Source of the DNA: Mobula hypostoma
Taxonomy: Eukaryota
Assembly (NCBI RefSeq): GCF_963921235.1
Contig: NC_086104.1
Coordinates: forward strand, 12,772,001-12,836,000
Direction: 5' to 3'
Length of the DNA: 64,000 nt
Each line of letters starts with the position of its first letter. The first letter of the stretch is position 1. Both the position numbers and the translations under genes were made by a program. Shown here piece by piece: positions 11,525 to 25,200 of the stretch. The notes under the pieces are model-generated. The model was not told where the DNA came from, made no database searches, and worked only from the letters and a program-made list of their open reading frames with translations.

Positions 11525-13684
11525 AAGACTGTAAGGCCATAAAATATAGGAGCAGAAGTAGGCCACTTGACTCATCGAGTCTGCTCTGCCATTCAATCAT
11601 GGGTTGATCCAATTCTTCCAGTCATCCCCACTCCCCTGCCTTCATCCCATACCCTTTGATGCCCTGGCTAATCAAGAGCCTATCTATCTCTGCCTTAAAT
11701 ACACCCAATGACTTGGCCTCCACAGCCACTCGTGGCAACAAATTCCACAGATTTACCACCCTCTGACTAAAGTAACTTCTCCGCACCTCAGTTCTAAAAG
11801 GGCATCCCTCAATTCAGAAGTCGTGCCCTCTTGCCCTAGAATCCCTTACCATGGGAAATAGCTTTGCCAAATTTCAAGCTTTTTAACATTCAGAATGTTT
11901 CTACGAGATCCCCCCTCATTCTCCTGAACTCCAGGGACTACAGCCCAAGATCTGCCAGACGTTCCTCATACGGTAACCCTTTCATTCCTGGAATCATTCT
12001 TGTGAATCTTCTCTGAACCCTCTCCCAAGTCAGTATATCCTTTCTAAAATAAGGAGCCCAAAACTGCACACAATACTCTACAAGTGTGGTCTCACGAGTG
12101 CTGTATAAAGCCTCAACATCACACCCCTGCTCTTGTATTCTATACTTCTAAAAATGAATGCCAACATTGCATTCACCTTCTTCACAATGGACTCAACCTG
12201 GAGGTTAACCTTTAGGGTATCCTGCATAAGGACTCCCAAATCCCTTTGCATCTCTGCATTTTGAATTCTCTCTCCATCTAAATAATAGTCTGCCCGTTTA
12301 TTTCTTCCACCAAAGTGCATGACCATACACTTTCCAACATTGTATTTCATTTGCCACTTCTTTGCCCATTCCTCTAAGCTATCCAAGTCTCTCTGTTTCC
12401 TCAACACTACCCACTCCTCCACCTAACTTTCTATCATTGGCAAACTTAGCCACAAATCCATTAATACCATAGTCCAAATCAGTGACATACATCGTAAAAA
12501 GTAGAGGTCCCAACACCAACCCCTGTGGAACTCCACTGGTAACCGCCAACCAGCCAGAATAGGATCCCTTTATTCCCACTCTCTGTTTTCTGCCAATCAG
12601 CCAACGTTCCACCCATGCTAGTAACTCCCCTATTATTCCATGGGCTCTTATCTTGCTAAGCAGCCTCATGTGTGGCACCTTGTCAAAGGCCTTCTGAAAA
12701 TCCAAGTACACCACATCTACTGCATCTCCTTTGTCTACCCTGCTTGTAATTTCCTCAAAGAATTGCAGTAGGTTTGTCAGGCAGGATTTTCCTTTCAGGA
12801 AACCATGCTGGCTTTGGCCTCTTGTCATCTGCCTCCAGGTACTCGGTAATCTCATCCCTAACAATCGATTCCAACAACTTCCCAACCACTGATGCCAGGC
12901 TAACAGGTCTATAGTTTCCTTTCTGCTGCCTCCCACCCTTCTTAAATAGCAGAGTAACATTTGCAATTTTCCAGTCATCTTGTGCAATGCTAGAATCTAT
13001 CAATTCTTGAAAGATCATTGTTAATGCCTCCGCAATCTCTGTAGCTGCTTCCCTCAGAACCCGAGGGTGCATTCCATCAGGACCAGGAGATTTATCCACC
13101 CTCAGACCATTAAGCTTCCTGAGCACCTTCTCAGTCGTAATTTTCACTGCACATACTTCACTTCCCTGACACTCTTGAATGTCCAGTATACTACAGACGT
13201 CTTCTACTGTGAAGACTGATGCAAAATACACATTCAGTTCCTCTGCCATCTCTGCATCTCTCATTACAATATCTCCAGTGTCATTTTGTATTGGTCCTAT
13301 ATCTACCCTCTACTCTCTTTTACCCTTTATATACTTAAAAAAGCTTTCAGAATATTTTTTGATATTAGTCATCAATCCTCTATCTTCCCACAAGCTCTGG
13401 CTTCCTCGTATGCCCTCTCTTTTGCTTTTACTTCAGCTCTGACTTCACTTCTCAGCCACGGTAGTGTTCTTCGTCCCTTTGAAATTTTCTTATTTGGAAT
13501 ATATCTGTCTTGTACTTCTCTCATTTTCCACAGAAACTCCAGCCATTGCTGCTCTGCTGCTCTTCCTGCAAATGTCCCTTTCCTGTCGACTTCAGCCAGT
13601 TCCCCTCTCATGCCATTGTAATTTCCTTTATTCCACTAAAATACCAACACATTGGATTTTATTTTTTTCCTCTCAAATTTCAAT
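11525..13684 (-). mobile_element. CR1 LINE ORF2 and 3' UTR (frameshifted)
   Basis: [53 protein letters not shown]. Confidence 0.9.
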
Positions 13685-13921
13685 GTTCTGCTTTCCATTG
13701 ATGCTGCCTGGTCTGTTGAGTTCCTCTAGCATTCTGTGTTAGGAGGAATATGGAAGTTAAGGGAATATTACAGAAAAGTGTCAACTGATTGAATCTGGAA
13801 GATCGAATATAAAGACGGAGTACAAGCTTAATGACAGAATTCTTAGTTTGTGGTAGAACATAGAAGTCTTGGGGTAGATCCTTCGATCCCTCAAAGTTGC
13901 CATGAAAGTTTATAGTATGGT

Positions 13922-14192
13922 TCATTAAATTTTTTTTAGCGTGTCGCACCAGACAGTCAGCCATTCTTCTCTGGTGCGTGGTGTCAGGATTGGTCTCCTT
14001 TCGGATTAACCATGTCATGATATAAACGTTCCTGATGCAACCCTTTTTTTTAATGATGCCGAGTGGCTAGTACGATGCTCAACCCGGCACGGATGGAAAG
14101 CGTGCGTGCCTGGGAGTGGCCCAACTTGGATTCGAACTCGGGAGCCTTCGCTCCGGAGCCCGGCGCTGATGCCATTGTGCTACCAGCCGGCC
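13922..14192 (-). mobile_element. tRNA-derived SINE inserted into a CR1 fragment
   Basis: Minus strand GCCGGCTGG-TAGCACAATGG (A box)..AGTTCGAATCC (B box); A-rich 3' end; imperfect 11-bp TSD tatagtatggt/tatggtgtggt. Confidence 0.75.
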
Positions 14193-14478
14193 TATGGTGT
14201 GGTAAAGAAAGTGTATGGTGTGTTAGCCTTCAATAGTCATGTGACTGAGTTCCAAAGCTGTGCAGTAATATTGCAGCTCTATAAAATTGTGCTTAAACCA
14301 CACTTAAGAGTATTTTGTTTGTTTATGGTCAGTTCATTAGACGAAAGATGTGGAAGCTTCAGAGAGGGTGCGGAGAGGAGATTTACCAGGGTGTTGCCTG
14401 GGTTAGTGAACATGTCTCATGAGCAAGCTTGGGCTTTTCTCTTTGGAGCAACTTAAAATGAGAGGAGATTTGAAGGGG

Positions 14479-14618
14479 NNNNNNNNNNNNNNNNNNNNNN
14501 NNNNNNNNNNNNNNNNNNNNNNNNNNNNNNNNNNNNNNNNNNNNNNNNNNNNNNNNNNNNNNNNNNNNNNNNNNNNNNNNNNNNNNNNNNNNNNNNNNNN
14601 NNNNNNNNNNNNNNNNNN
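14479..14618. other. Assembly gap (140 N) inside a decayed plus-strand CR1 3' region
   Basis: Run of N; CR1-like sequence on both sides. Confidence 0.99.
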
Positions 14619-15659
14619 CACAATGGCCTATACCCCGAGGACATCGTTTTGGGAAAATATACACAGAGAGAGCTAGGTATCTGGAACATACTACTGAAGA
14701 TAGTGCTAGTGCCTGATACAATATTGACATATAAACCCTTTGATAGGCACAGGAATGGAGGAAAACTTGGGTTAGCGGTTGTGTTGGAGGGACTGATTAG
14801 ATTGATCAAGGAAGTCAATATTAGTCAGCACAGCACTGAGGGCTGAAGTGCCCATGCCCACTGTACCGTTCCATGTTCTAATGCTCCCTCAGGTGGCATC
14901 TCCTTCAACTTGCACTAATGTCATTAAGTTAATTTTGTTTATTGTGTCAAATATGTTATGTAAAATTTATGTTAATATGATTCACGTTTATTGTGATTGT
15001 CATGCACTGCACGATTGGTGCAAGAAGCTCATTTTTGTTTCCTTTATATCCTGGGTACATCTACACATGACAGTAAACTTCAAGTTGAACTTGTAGCTGC
15101 AGAAATAGCAGGTGAGTTGCAAACAACTTTCCAAGGTTCGCATTTGGTTGTTGGTGTAACGGTGTAACAGAGTGACCTGCTGGGACATTTCAGAGAGTGG
15201 TTAAGAACCGTTAGATCCGGTGTCATATATAGGGCAGACCAGATGGAGACTTGAGATCTCCTCCTCTGAACCTGACCTGACTTTACCCACTTGCTCCCTG
15301 GTCACTGTTACCATGGTGATGGGTGGTTTTCCAAATTCTGGAACTAGAACAATTTCAGTGGCAGTGATGTCACATGGTATCAGAATGGAAACCATGACAA
15401 CAGTGAGATGAGTGTTTGGTGAGAGTTGGTGAGACCAGCAGACGTGGAAGGAACAAGCTTGGTTCAAGCTCAACAGAGAATTGTGAAGCAGATTAGTCCC
15501 AGTGAGTGAGGGAGAGGTGACAGTGGTCAGGAAGTGGGGTTCACCCTCTGTAGAATTCAGTAACGAGTCCAAGCAGTCAGTCAGTTTACAGAATTCACTT
15601 CTTCAGTACATGGCCGAAGTGAGGTAGCAAGTGGTGTGTGAGTGGGACGGATAGTGATG

Positions 15660-15860
15660 CACCGAGAGAGAGAGTGAGAGTGAGAGAGATAGAGAGAGTG
15701 AAGAGAAAACAGCGAGGGAATGAGAGATCAACAGGAGAAAGCAACGGGGCTACAAGAGAGAGAGGAGGAGGTGAGAAAATGTGAGAATAAAGATGTGAAA
15801 ACAAGCGAGTGAGTAGAGAGAGAAGAGAGAGAGGATCAGAGAGTAGAGAGGGAGCAGCAA
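15660..15860. repeat. GA-rich low-complexity or microsatellite tract
   Basis: Interrupted (GA)n runs. Confidence 0.8.
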
Positions 15861-16069
15861 GGAAGAGTGGGCCACCCAGAGAAAAGAAGTGAATGAGAGC
15901 TCAGCCCAGCGTGTTCTTGGAGAACAGCACAGATGTTGAGAGTTAACAGTAAAAGACAAGGTCAGAGCACAAGACAGCTGGTGGAGTCCTGCGAAGCAGT
16001 GTGACTTGACGTGTCCGTGTCTGATGTCAATGGTGCAGCAGCAAATAGAGACGATGGAGGGTAAATATC

Positions 16070-17305
16070 CACCACACCGCACACAGTTCTCTCTCACTTG
16101 GACAACAAAGACACTTATGCCAGAATCCTGTACATTGATTTCAGTTCAGCGTTCAATACCATCATCCCACAGAGACTAGTGGAGAAACTGTCGCTGCTTG
16201 GCCTTAGCACTGCCATGTGTCACTGGATTCTGGATTTCTTGACAGAGAGACCATAGTCAGTCCGTGTTGGCAGGAACATCTCCGACTCCATCACACTGAG
16301 CACTGGATCTCCACAAGACTGTGTGCTTAGCCCATTGCTGTTTACACTGCTAACACATGACTGTGCAGCCAGATTCAAGGAGAACCTGATCATTAAATTT
16401 GCAGACAATACCACAGTCGTGGGGCTCATCAGCAAAAATTATGAAACTATGTACAGGGAGGAGGTCAAACACATAGAGAGCTGGTGCAGGGATAACAACT
16501 TGATGCTTAATGTCACCAAAACCAAGGAGATGATCGTCGATTTCAGACGGTCTCAGCCTGAGCACACACCCCTCAGCATCAGCGGCTCCACAGTGGAGAG
16601 AGTGGAAAACATCAAGTTCCTTGGGGTGCAGATTTCGGACAATCTCACCTGGTCCAGGAACACCACTGGGATTGTGAGACGGGCCCAGCAGAGATTGCAC
16701 TTTCTGAGGAAGCTTAAACAAGCATCACTCCCCACTAACATCTTAACTACATTCTACAGAGGCGTGGTTGAGAGGGTGCTGACCTTTTGCATCACAACCT
16801 GGTACTCCAGCTGCAGTGCTGTCGACAAAAAAGCCTTGCAGAGGGTGGTTAGGGGAGCAGAGAAGGTTATTGGGGTCTCCCTACTTTCTGTCCAAGACCT
16901 CTTTCAGAGTCGATGCCTCCAGAAGACACGGTACATCATTAAAGACCCCTCACACCCTCTCCGTGAACTGTTTGTCCTTCTGCCATCAGGCAAACATTAC
17001 AGGAGCATCAAAGCTAAAACCACAAGGCTACTAAACAGCTTCCTCCCACAGGCAGTCAGACTGCTAAATAGCTGCTCTACCTGACTCTGCTTTGGACACT
17101 TTTAACTTGCACTGGACACTTATAACTGATTTTAACTGACATGTGGCTGTTGTGTTTTACTATTTATTGTTATGTTTATTATTTAGTGTTGCATTTGTTA
17201 TGTTATGATTACACTGCTCCTGGGAAATGCTGTCTCATTCTGCCCTGCAGAGCTGATGTATGGTTAGAATGACAATAAAGTTTTTTGAATCTTTGAATTG
17301 AATCT
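16070..17305 (+). mobile_element. Rex1/Babar-type LINE, 5'-truncated RT and 3' UTR
   Basis: [52 protein letters not shown]; AATAAA and a TTGAA tail. Confidence 0.85.
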
Positions 17306-19319
17306 AAATGGTAACATTACCGTTAACGGCTCTTTATCTGAACATACAAACCATTTCTACAGTACAGGAGCATTACTGGCACCTGGTCGGGGTAAATGGG
17401 CTCATGTACATTACGGGGGTGGGGGTGTAAGGAAGGCAACTGAATATCACAGAGTGATTGGTTAGATAGTGGGGTGGCATCAGTGGAGGGGAGGGCTGAT
17501 ATTACAGAGGTGGCATTGATGCAGGGGTACAAGGGGACCGGGACCCAGGATGTCAGTAAGTAGAATCAGTTAGTAAAGGTCTCTCTACACCGTCCCATCA
17601 CACACTCACTGCGTCAGGCATGGAGTGAATTCTCTCTATTCTTATGCTGCTGTAGAAAGCATCAGAAGAGGCAGCAACATCAGTTCAAGGACCCAGACAT
17701 CAGCCTTTCAAACACCGGAGAAACAAGTCGTGCCTTTGCAAGTTGCCTTTTGGTGAGTTCTCCACCAACACAAATCACCGACAGAGGTAAGAGCAGGAAA
17801 AGGCCATTCAAACCGTCTACTCAGTCCATTCCTCTCCCCCTTGACTCAGCCTCCACACTCCATGATTCCGACGGTCCCTCCAACTATAACACATCCCCTT
17901 CACTCATCCAAAGAATTAGTTCCTCTCCTTACGGGATCCCTCACCCCTTGACTGATTAACCTGATGAGACTGCCTTTGCTACATCATTTCCTGAGTTCTG
18001 CATTGATACAGTCAAATACCAGGCAATTCCTGCTACAGAGAAGGCCAGCAAAGATCTTCCAGTTGATAACTTAGAATGTTAGATATGCAAGGTATTGAAC
18101 ATTCTTGTCTACAGGGCAATATTGGGATATTTTAAGCTTGGCATGATGTTATTCCCAAGAGCCCACTGGAGTTCAATTTTCAATTGATTCAGCACAGTCT
18201 GATGCTGGAAATTTCAACCACTCTCCTTCAACAGGTGGACAGTGAAAAACAGCCTGCCTTTACTGCATGGTTGTCTAATTGTGCAGTAATACATTCAACA
18301 ATAGTTCTTATCCTCCATTGTGGAATTAAGAGGCAAAGTCAGATAATCCCCAGATCCTTCCTTCTGAAAACTGAGTGTCTGGATCTAATCTCCATTTCCC
18401 TGGGTCAGGCCCACACCAGGAGCACAGTGCATAGATCAAGTCTCCGTTTCCATGTCACTCTCACACACACATTGGGAGCACAGTACACAGTTCCCTTCTC
18501 CATTTCCCTGGGTCAGACCTACATTGGCAGCATAGTGCACAGTTCCTGTCTCTGTATCCTGTAGAGACGGACACATGTAACACTGTGCAGACACAGTGGG
18601 AGGAGGTGACTTCATGTGCACAGAAATACCAGGCCACTAATTTCCTGTACCCCACTCACCCCTTTCCCTCCCTCTCAGGAACAGACCCTGCACTCAATGT
18701 CACCACGAGCCGGACTCTGTACCGAGAGGAATCCTGCTGCACGTCTGGATCCAGATCTCGCATGTCACTGAAGTAACATCGACACAGGACAGTTATATTC
18801 CAGACCTCTCACCAGAGCCCAGAGATGGTCAGGAACATAAGAGTTACAGGAGCCGCATGTGGACGTTGGAACTTGACTAATTCTTTTCACACAGAGGGTG
18901 GAGGGAGCCTGGAATGTGCTGCTGGGCCTTGGAGGCAAATACGATGGAGGTGTTTAAAAGTCTCAGATCGGTACATGAACGTGCAGAGAATGGAGGGATG
19001 TCCCTCTCCCCCCTCCCTTCCCCACATTCACATCCCAGATTCCCCACTCCCTGCCCCCTTCCCATTTTCACTCCACTCCAGAGACTCGGTTCGATCCTCC
19101 AGTCGCCCCACCGGCCCTTTCCTCAGCTGTTCCCCCCTCACCTCCTCACACTGACTACCTCCCTCCCCTACACTGTCTGTCCCAACGCAGGGTTCTCAAC
19201 CCTGTAACATCAAGTGTCCCTCTGCCCCCGGAGACACCGCTCACATCACTGAGTCCTTCCAGTGGTTCGAGAGACGTGGATGCTGGAATCTGGAGCAACA
19301 CACAGATTCTGTAATCCTT

Positions 19320-19700
19320 CTCAGACAGGGAGGGGTGAGGGGGTTGCAGAAGGTTAGAGAGCAGTAGGGTGTACAGGCTACAGGAGTTAGAGACAGGGAG
19401 GGGTGTAGGGACTGAAGGGGGTTACAGAAATAGGGAAGGTTGTAGGAGCTGGAGGGGGATTACAGCAATTGGGAGGAGTCTAGGGGCTGGGGGGTTACAG
19501 CAATCAGGAAAGGTGTAGGTGCTGTAGGGATTACAGCAACAGGGAGGGATGTAATGGCTGGAGGGGGTTACAGCAATTGGGAGGGGTGTATGTGTTGTAG
19601 TGGTACAGCAATAGGGAGGGGAGGAGGGACTAGACGGGGTGACAGGGCCAGTGACAGGTGGAGTAGCTGGAGCAGACCGTAGATTGGAGCAGAGGTAGTA
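19320..19700 (+). repeat. G-rich degenerate minisatellite (ggaggggttacag-like), related to 26915-27245
   Basis: Repeated gggggttacag/agggagggg units. Confidence 0.6.
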
Positions 19701-19993
19701 ATGGGGAACAAGTAAATGGCAGACAAACAATAATTTATATTATCCTTCACTGTGAAAGCCAACAACAGGTGGCTGAAGAGATCATGGAGGCATTAGTAAT
19801 AATCTTTCAAGAAACACTAGATTCTGGAATGGTTCTGGAGGGCTACAAAATTGCAAATGTCACTCCACTCTTGAAGAAAGAGGGGGCTAAAGATGGGAAG
19901 TTATAGGCCAGTTAGTCTGACCTCAGTGGTTGGTAAGACGTTTTGTCCATCATTAAGGATGAGGTTTCAGGGTATTTGAAGGTACTTGATAAA

Positions 19994-21855
19994 ATAGAAC
20001 ATAGAATAGTACAGCACAGTACAGGCCCTTCGGCCCACAATGTTGTGCCGACCCTCAAACCCTGCCTCCCATATAAGCCCCCACCTTAGATTCCTCCATA
20101 TACCTGTCTAGTAGTCTCTTAAACTTCACGAGTGTATCTGCCTCCACCACTGACTCAGGCAGTGCATTCCATGCACCAACCACTCTCTGAGTAAAAAACC
20201 TTCCTCTAATATCCCCCTTGAACTTCCCACCCCTTACCTTAAAGCCATGTCCTCTTGTATTGAGCAGTGGTGCCCTGGGGAAGAGGCGCTGGCTATCCAC
20301 TCTATCTATTCCTCTTATTATCTTGTACACCTCTATCATGTCTCCTCTCATCCTCCTTCTCTCCAAAGAGTAAAGCCCTAGCTCCCTTAATCTCTGATCA
20401 TAATGCATACTTTCTAAACCAGGCAGCATCCTGGTAAATCTCCTCTGTACCCTTTCCAATGCTTCCACATCCTTCCTATAGTGAGGTGACCAGAACTGGA
20501 CACAATACTCCAAGTGTGGCCTAACCAGAGTTTTATAGAGCTGCATCATTACATCACGACCCTTAAACTCTATCCCTCGACTTATGAAAGCTAACACCCC
20601 ATAAGCTTTCTTAACTACCCTATCTACCTGTGAGGCAACTTTCAGGGATCTGTAGACATGTACCCCCAGATCCCTCTGCTCCTCCACACTACCAAGTATC
20701 CTGCCATTTACTTTGTACTCTGCCTTGGAGTTTGTCCATGTCTCTCTGCAATCTTTGACAATCCTCTACACTATCTACAACACCACCAACCTTTGTGTCG
20801 TCTGCAAACTTGCCAACCCACCCTTCTACCCACACATCCAGGTCGTTAATAAAAATCATGAAAAGTAGAGGTCCCAAAACAGATCCTTGTGGGACACCAC
20901 TAGTCACAATCCTCCAATCTGAATGTACTCCCTCCACCACAACCCTCTGCCTTCTGCAGGCAAGCCAATTCTGAATCCACCTGGCCAAATTTCCCTGGAT
21001 CCCATGCCTTCTAACTTTCTGAATAAGCCTACTGTGTGGAACCTTGTCAAATGCCTTACTAAAATCCATATACATCACATCCACTGCACTACCCTCATCT
21101 ATATGCCTGGTCACCTCCTCAAAGAACTCTATCAGGCTTGTTAGACACGATCTGCCCTTCACAAAGCCATGCTGACTGTCCCTGATCAGACCATGATTCT
21201 CTAAATGCCTATAGATCCTATCTCTAAGAATCTTTTCCAACAGCTTTCCCACCACAGACGTAAGGCTCACTGGTCTATAATTACCCGGACTATCCCTACT
21301 ACCTTTTTTGCATAAGGGAACAACATTCGCCTCCCTTCAATCCTCCGGTACCATTCCCGTGGACAACGAGGACATAAAGATCCTAGCCAGAGGCTCAGCA
21401 ATCTCTTCTCTCACCTTGTGGAGCAGCCTGGGGAATATTCTGTCAGGCCCCGGGGACTTATCTGTCCTAATGTATTTTAACAACTCCAACACCTCCTCTC
21501 CCTTAATATCGGCATGCTCCAGAACATCAACCTCACTCATATTGTCCTCACCATCATCAAGTTCCCTCTCATTGGTGAATACCAAAGAGAAGTATTCATT
21601 GAGGACCTCACTCACTTCCACAGCCTCCAGGCACATCTTCTCACGTTTATCTCTAATCGGTCCTACCTTCACTCCTGTCATCCTTTTTTTCTTCACATAA
21701 TTGAAGAATGCCTTGGGGTTTTCCTTTACCCTACTTGTCAAGGCCTTCTCATGCCCCCTTCTTGCTCTTCTCAGCCCCTTCTTAAGCTCCTTTCTTGCTT
21801 CCCTATATTCCTCAATAGACCCATCTGATCCTTGCTTCCTAAACCTCATGTATGC
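19994..21855 (-). mobile_element. Relatively young 5'-truncated CR1 LINE (small internal deletion at about 20737) inserted in an older plus-strand CR1
   Basis: Long ORFs 20055-20687, 20689-21270 and 21337-21849 with [23 protein letters not shown] and KFADDTK; (TTCTA)-like tail. Confidence 0.92.
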
Positions 21856-22282
21856 TGAAGGTTTCCTTAAGAAAAGTCAGTGGATGTTTATTTGGATTTT
21901 CAGAAGGCTTTTGACAAGGTGCCACATGTAAGGCTGCTGAAGAAGATATGAGCCCATGGTATTACAGTAAAATTGAGTCAGTGGTGAGGAAGGCAAATGC
22001 AATGTTAGTATTCATTTTGAGAGGACTAGAATATGAAAACAAGGATGAAATGCTGAGACTTTATAAGGCATCTATTAGACCACATTTAGAGTATTCTGGG
22101 CAGTTTTGGGCCCCATAACCCCAAACGATGTTCTGGCATTGGAGAAGGTCCAGAAGATGTTTACAAGAATGAAAGGGTTAATGTACAAGGAGTGTTTGAT
22201 GGCTCTGTGCCTGTACTTGCTGCAGTTTCGATGAATGGAGTTGGGGGATCCCATTGAAATCTATTGAACACTGAAAGGAGTA

Positions 22283-25200
22283 AAGTTACAAAATACACGT
22301 GGACTAAGATGTTAACTGTCCTGTGCTATCACCAGTGGGATCATCAGTTGATCTGCCACCTGTCTTCAGGAGTTTCGGCCCGCTTATGATCAAGACTCCC
22401 TCGAGGTGGTGGGCCAGCAGTGCTAAAGTACCACCTCCCACTGGTGAGCTTAAAAACTTGGCATCTGCCTCTATCGGAGTTGTTGGTCACTTCCGTCCAA
22501 CAGGTAGTCTGCTCTTCAGGTGTCTATGCAACTACTGAAGAGTTTGCAAAAGATGTATACATTGTCTGACTATCTGCCCCTCTGGACATACTTGGTCCAC
22601 ACCCATGCCGATCCTGTCTCTGCTGCCTCAGCTACAGCCCTGCTGGTTGACTTGATCTCTCTTCTAGGGAAGCCAAGGTCACGCAGCCACTTCTGGAGAG
22701 TGAACGTAATAAATCCACGGCAGCCTACTTCGAATGCATAGCATGAGACCTTCCACCCTCTGTCTCTGCACTCTGATCTTAATTATGCATACTTGGTTAA
22801 CTTGCGCTCAAGGGCTTCATCGATGTTGTCTTCCCAGGGGACCGTGAGTTCACCAATAACCACTTCTCTACTGGTGTCAGACCATACGATTATATCTGGA
22901 CGCAATGTTGTGAAAGCTATTTGCTCCGGGAAACTGCCTTTCCCGTCCAGGTCAGTTGAAGATAGTATGCTTGATTGTGAGTCTGTGCTGTACACCCTTG
23001 ACTCGGAGCCTTCTTTCACAAATGATATGCGATGCTCTGTGCAGCATGGGACATGAGATAATTTGTGCTGCAGTACTCTCTGCTCAACCGCTTCTGTTAC
23101 AACTTTGAGAACATCGTTATGTCTCCAAGTGTACATGCCGCTGGAAAGATTGACTCTGCATGCACTCAAGATATGTTGAAGTGTTCCCTTCTCACCACAA
23201 GCAGCACACCTGTCTGTCTTACCTTCATACCAGGTGCTGAGGTGGGCAGGTGTTGGGAGCAGATCGTACGCTGCTCTGCATAGAAAAGAAATGCGGAGCG
23301 GTTCCATCTGCCACAGAACATTCCAAGATAGATGTCGTTGTTCAACACTTTCCCACTGGGTCCAAGCCCCTTGTTTGGCCAGGCCAGCTGTTTTAGTTAA
23401 CCTCTTCTCCTCTTCTACCTCCCATATTTCTTGTGTTACAAGCTCATGGCGCACCTTACCTGTAGAAGCTGACCACCACCTGTGGGTTGTCCATCCAAGT
23501 CCCTGGTGGCCTAGCTGGATAGCCCCAACCATCTTCTTGTGCTTCAATCTAGACTCTGCCTCATCAACTGCTACATGGGCTGACCACTTCCTGCCTGATC
23601 TCACATCCAGCTGGGTGTTCTTGATGAAAGGGTCTTTTGAGTCTCGAAGCATCAAGAATGATCTTATCTTGGCTACCTTGACCTCCTCAACAAGGGATTG
23701 CTCTGAGATGGTAAGCTTTGTCTGACTACTGTGGATTGCAATGTTGGTGAGGCTGCTCGGTACTCCAAGCTGCTTCCTCACATACTTGTTGATCTTCCGT
23801 TCCATTGCCTCACATGGGACATTGCCACTTCATAGACAGTTAGTGACCACATTATCCGTGGCATCAGTCCGTACTGCAAGCACTACAACTTCAACTTGCC
23901 AGGCAAGCCACACTTGTCAACAGACATCAGACCTCTGCTGATCTATTCCCTTGTCTCTTGAACCCGCTTGGTGTCTCTGTGTACCATCACCCGAGGCTCT
24001 TAACTGGTTGGTCCTGAATGGATGGAATCTCCTCTCCACAAAGGGTGAAATGAAAGTCAACCAGCTTTCCTCTCCTAAGAACAAGGCTCCTTGACTTCTT
24101 GGTCTTGAACTTCATTCTTCCCCAATCCATTAGCTCCTCGAGTCTAGATAGTACATTTTCCACTGCCTCCGTGCTGGGACCCAAAAGGGTAAGATCATCC
24201 ATGACCGCTCGGATTGGTGGCAACTCCTCTCCACCATCAAGTGCGACACCTGGTCCCACTGATTCTGCAGCCCTCACAATGACCTCCATGGCTAACACAA
24301 AAAGGATGGGTGAAATTGCACATCCCATTGGGATTCCAACATCCAAGCTCTGCCACCTAGTTGTAAACTGCTGAGTGGAAAACCTCATCCGGAAATCATT
24401 GTAGTACTGCATAACAAAGTTCCTCACCTTAGCAGGAATCCATAGGAATTCCATCGCAAACTCAATCAGGGCATGGGGAACAGAACCATACGCATTTGCC
24501 AGGTCAAGCCAAACTACAGTCAGATTTCTTCTCAACCTTTTTGACTCCTGGATGGTATGCCATATGTTACGTAACCGGCAACAATGAATATTAACTGTGA
24601 CAGGTGTTATAAAAACAACTGAACATTTTTAAACATGTATAAGAGATAAGGGAAAAAAAACAAAGGAAAACTTTAACCGGAGGTTAACAGGTACGCAGCC
24701 ATTCATCAACTCCACTCGGCTCTGGTTCTTAAAGAGTTAAATGCAGAACCAGTTCTTAAAGCGATACAGTCAGATATAGTTCGTAAAGCGATAACTTCGA
24801 AAGTCCAACAGTTTTACACATTCAATTGGGAGAGACTTCGCTGGAGAACAATTTCTTCACCGACGCACCTTTACTGCTGGTTCTGTCCACAGGATTCCCG
24901 ATGCCGAAAATAAACAGTTTAAATCGACTGACCTTAAATTCTTTTTAGAGAAAGAGCCTTTTTGCATGAACTTATTGCCCTTTTGCAAGAGTTATCTCAA
25001 TGCAGCTTCTCTTCAACGAAGACTCAATAAGGTCGATCCTTTATTAAACTGCCCAAACGATGCTGACTTCTCTCGATCCTTCACTTCGATAAATTCTTCA
25101 CTCTCCCTTCAAAACTGTCGAAATTGAGTAAATTGGCACTTCCAGCCACAAATTCCCAGTTCAATAATACAAATCTTGTAAGAGAACACGCCTTCCGTTT

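Noticed and set aside
17961-17975. Isolated CTGATGAG hammerhead-like box
   Set aside because: No downstream GAAA box or closing stems.
18388-18560. Short degenerate direct repeats (ctccatttccctgggtcag..cacagtgca)
   Set aside because: Ordinary local tandem duplication with no sign of function.
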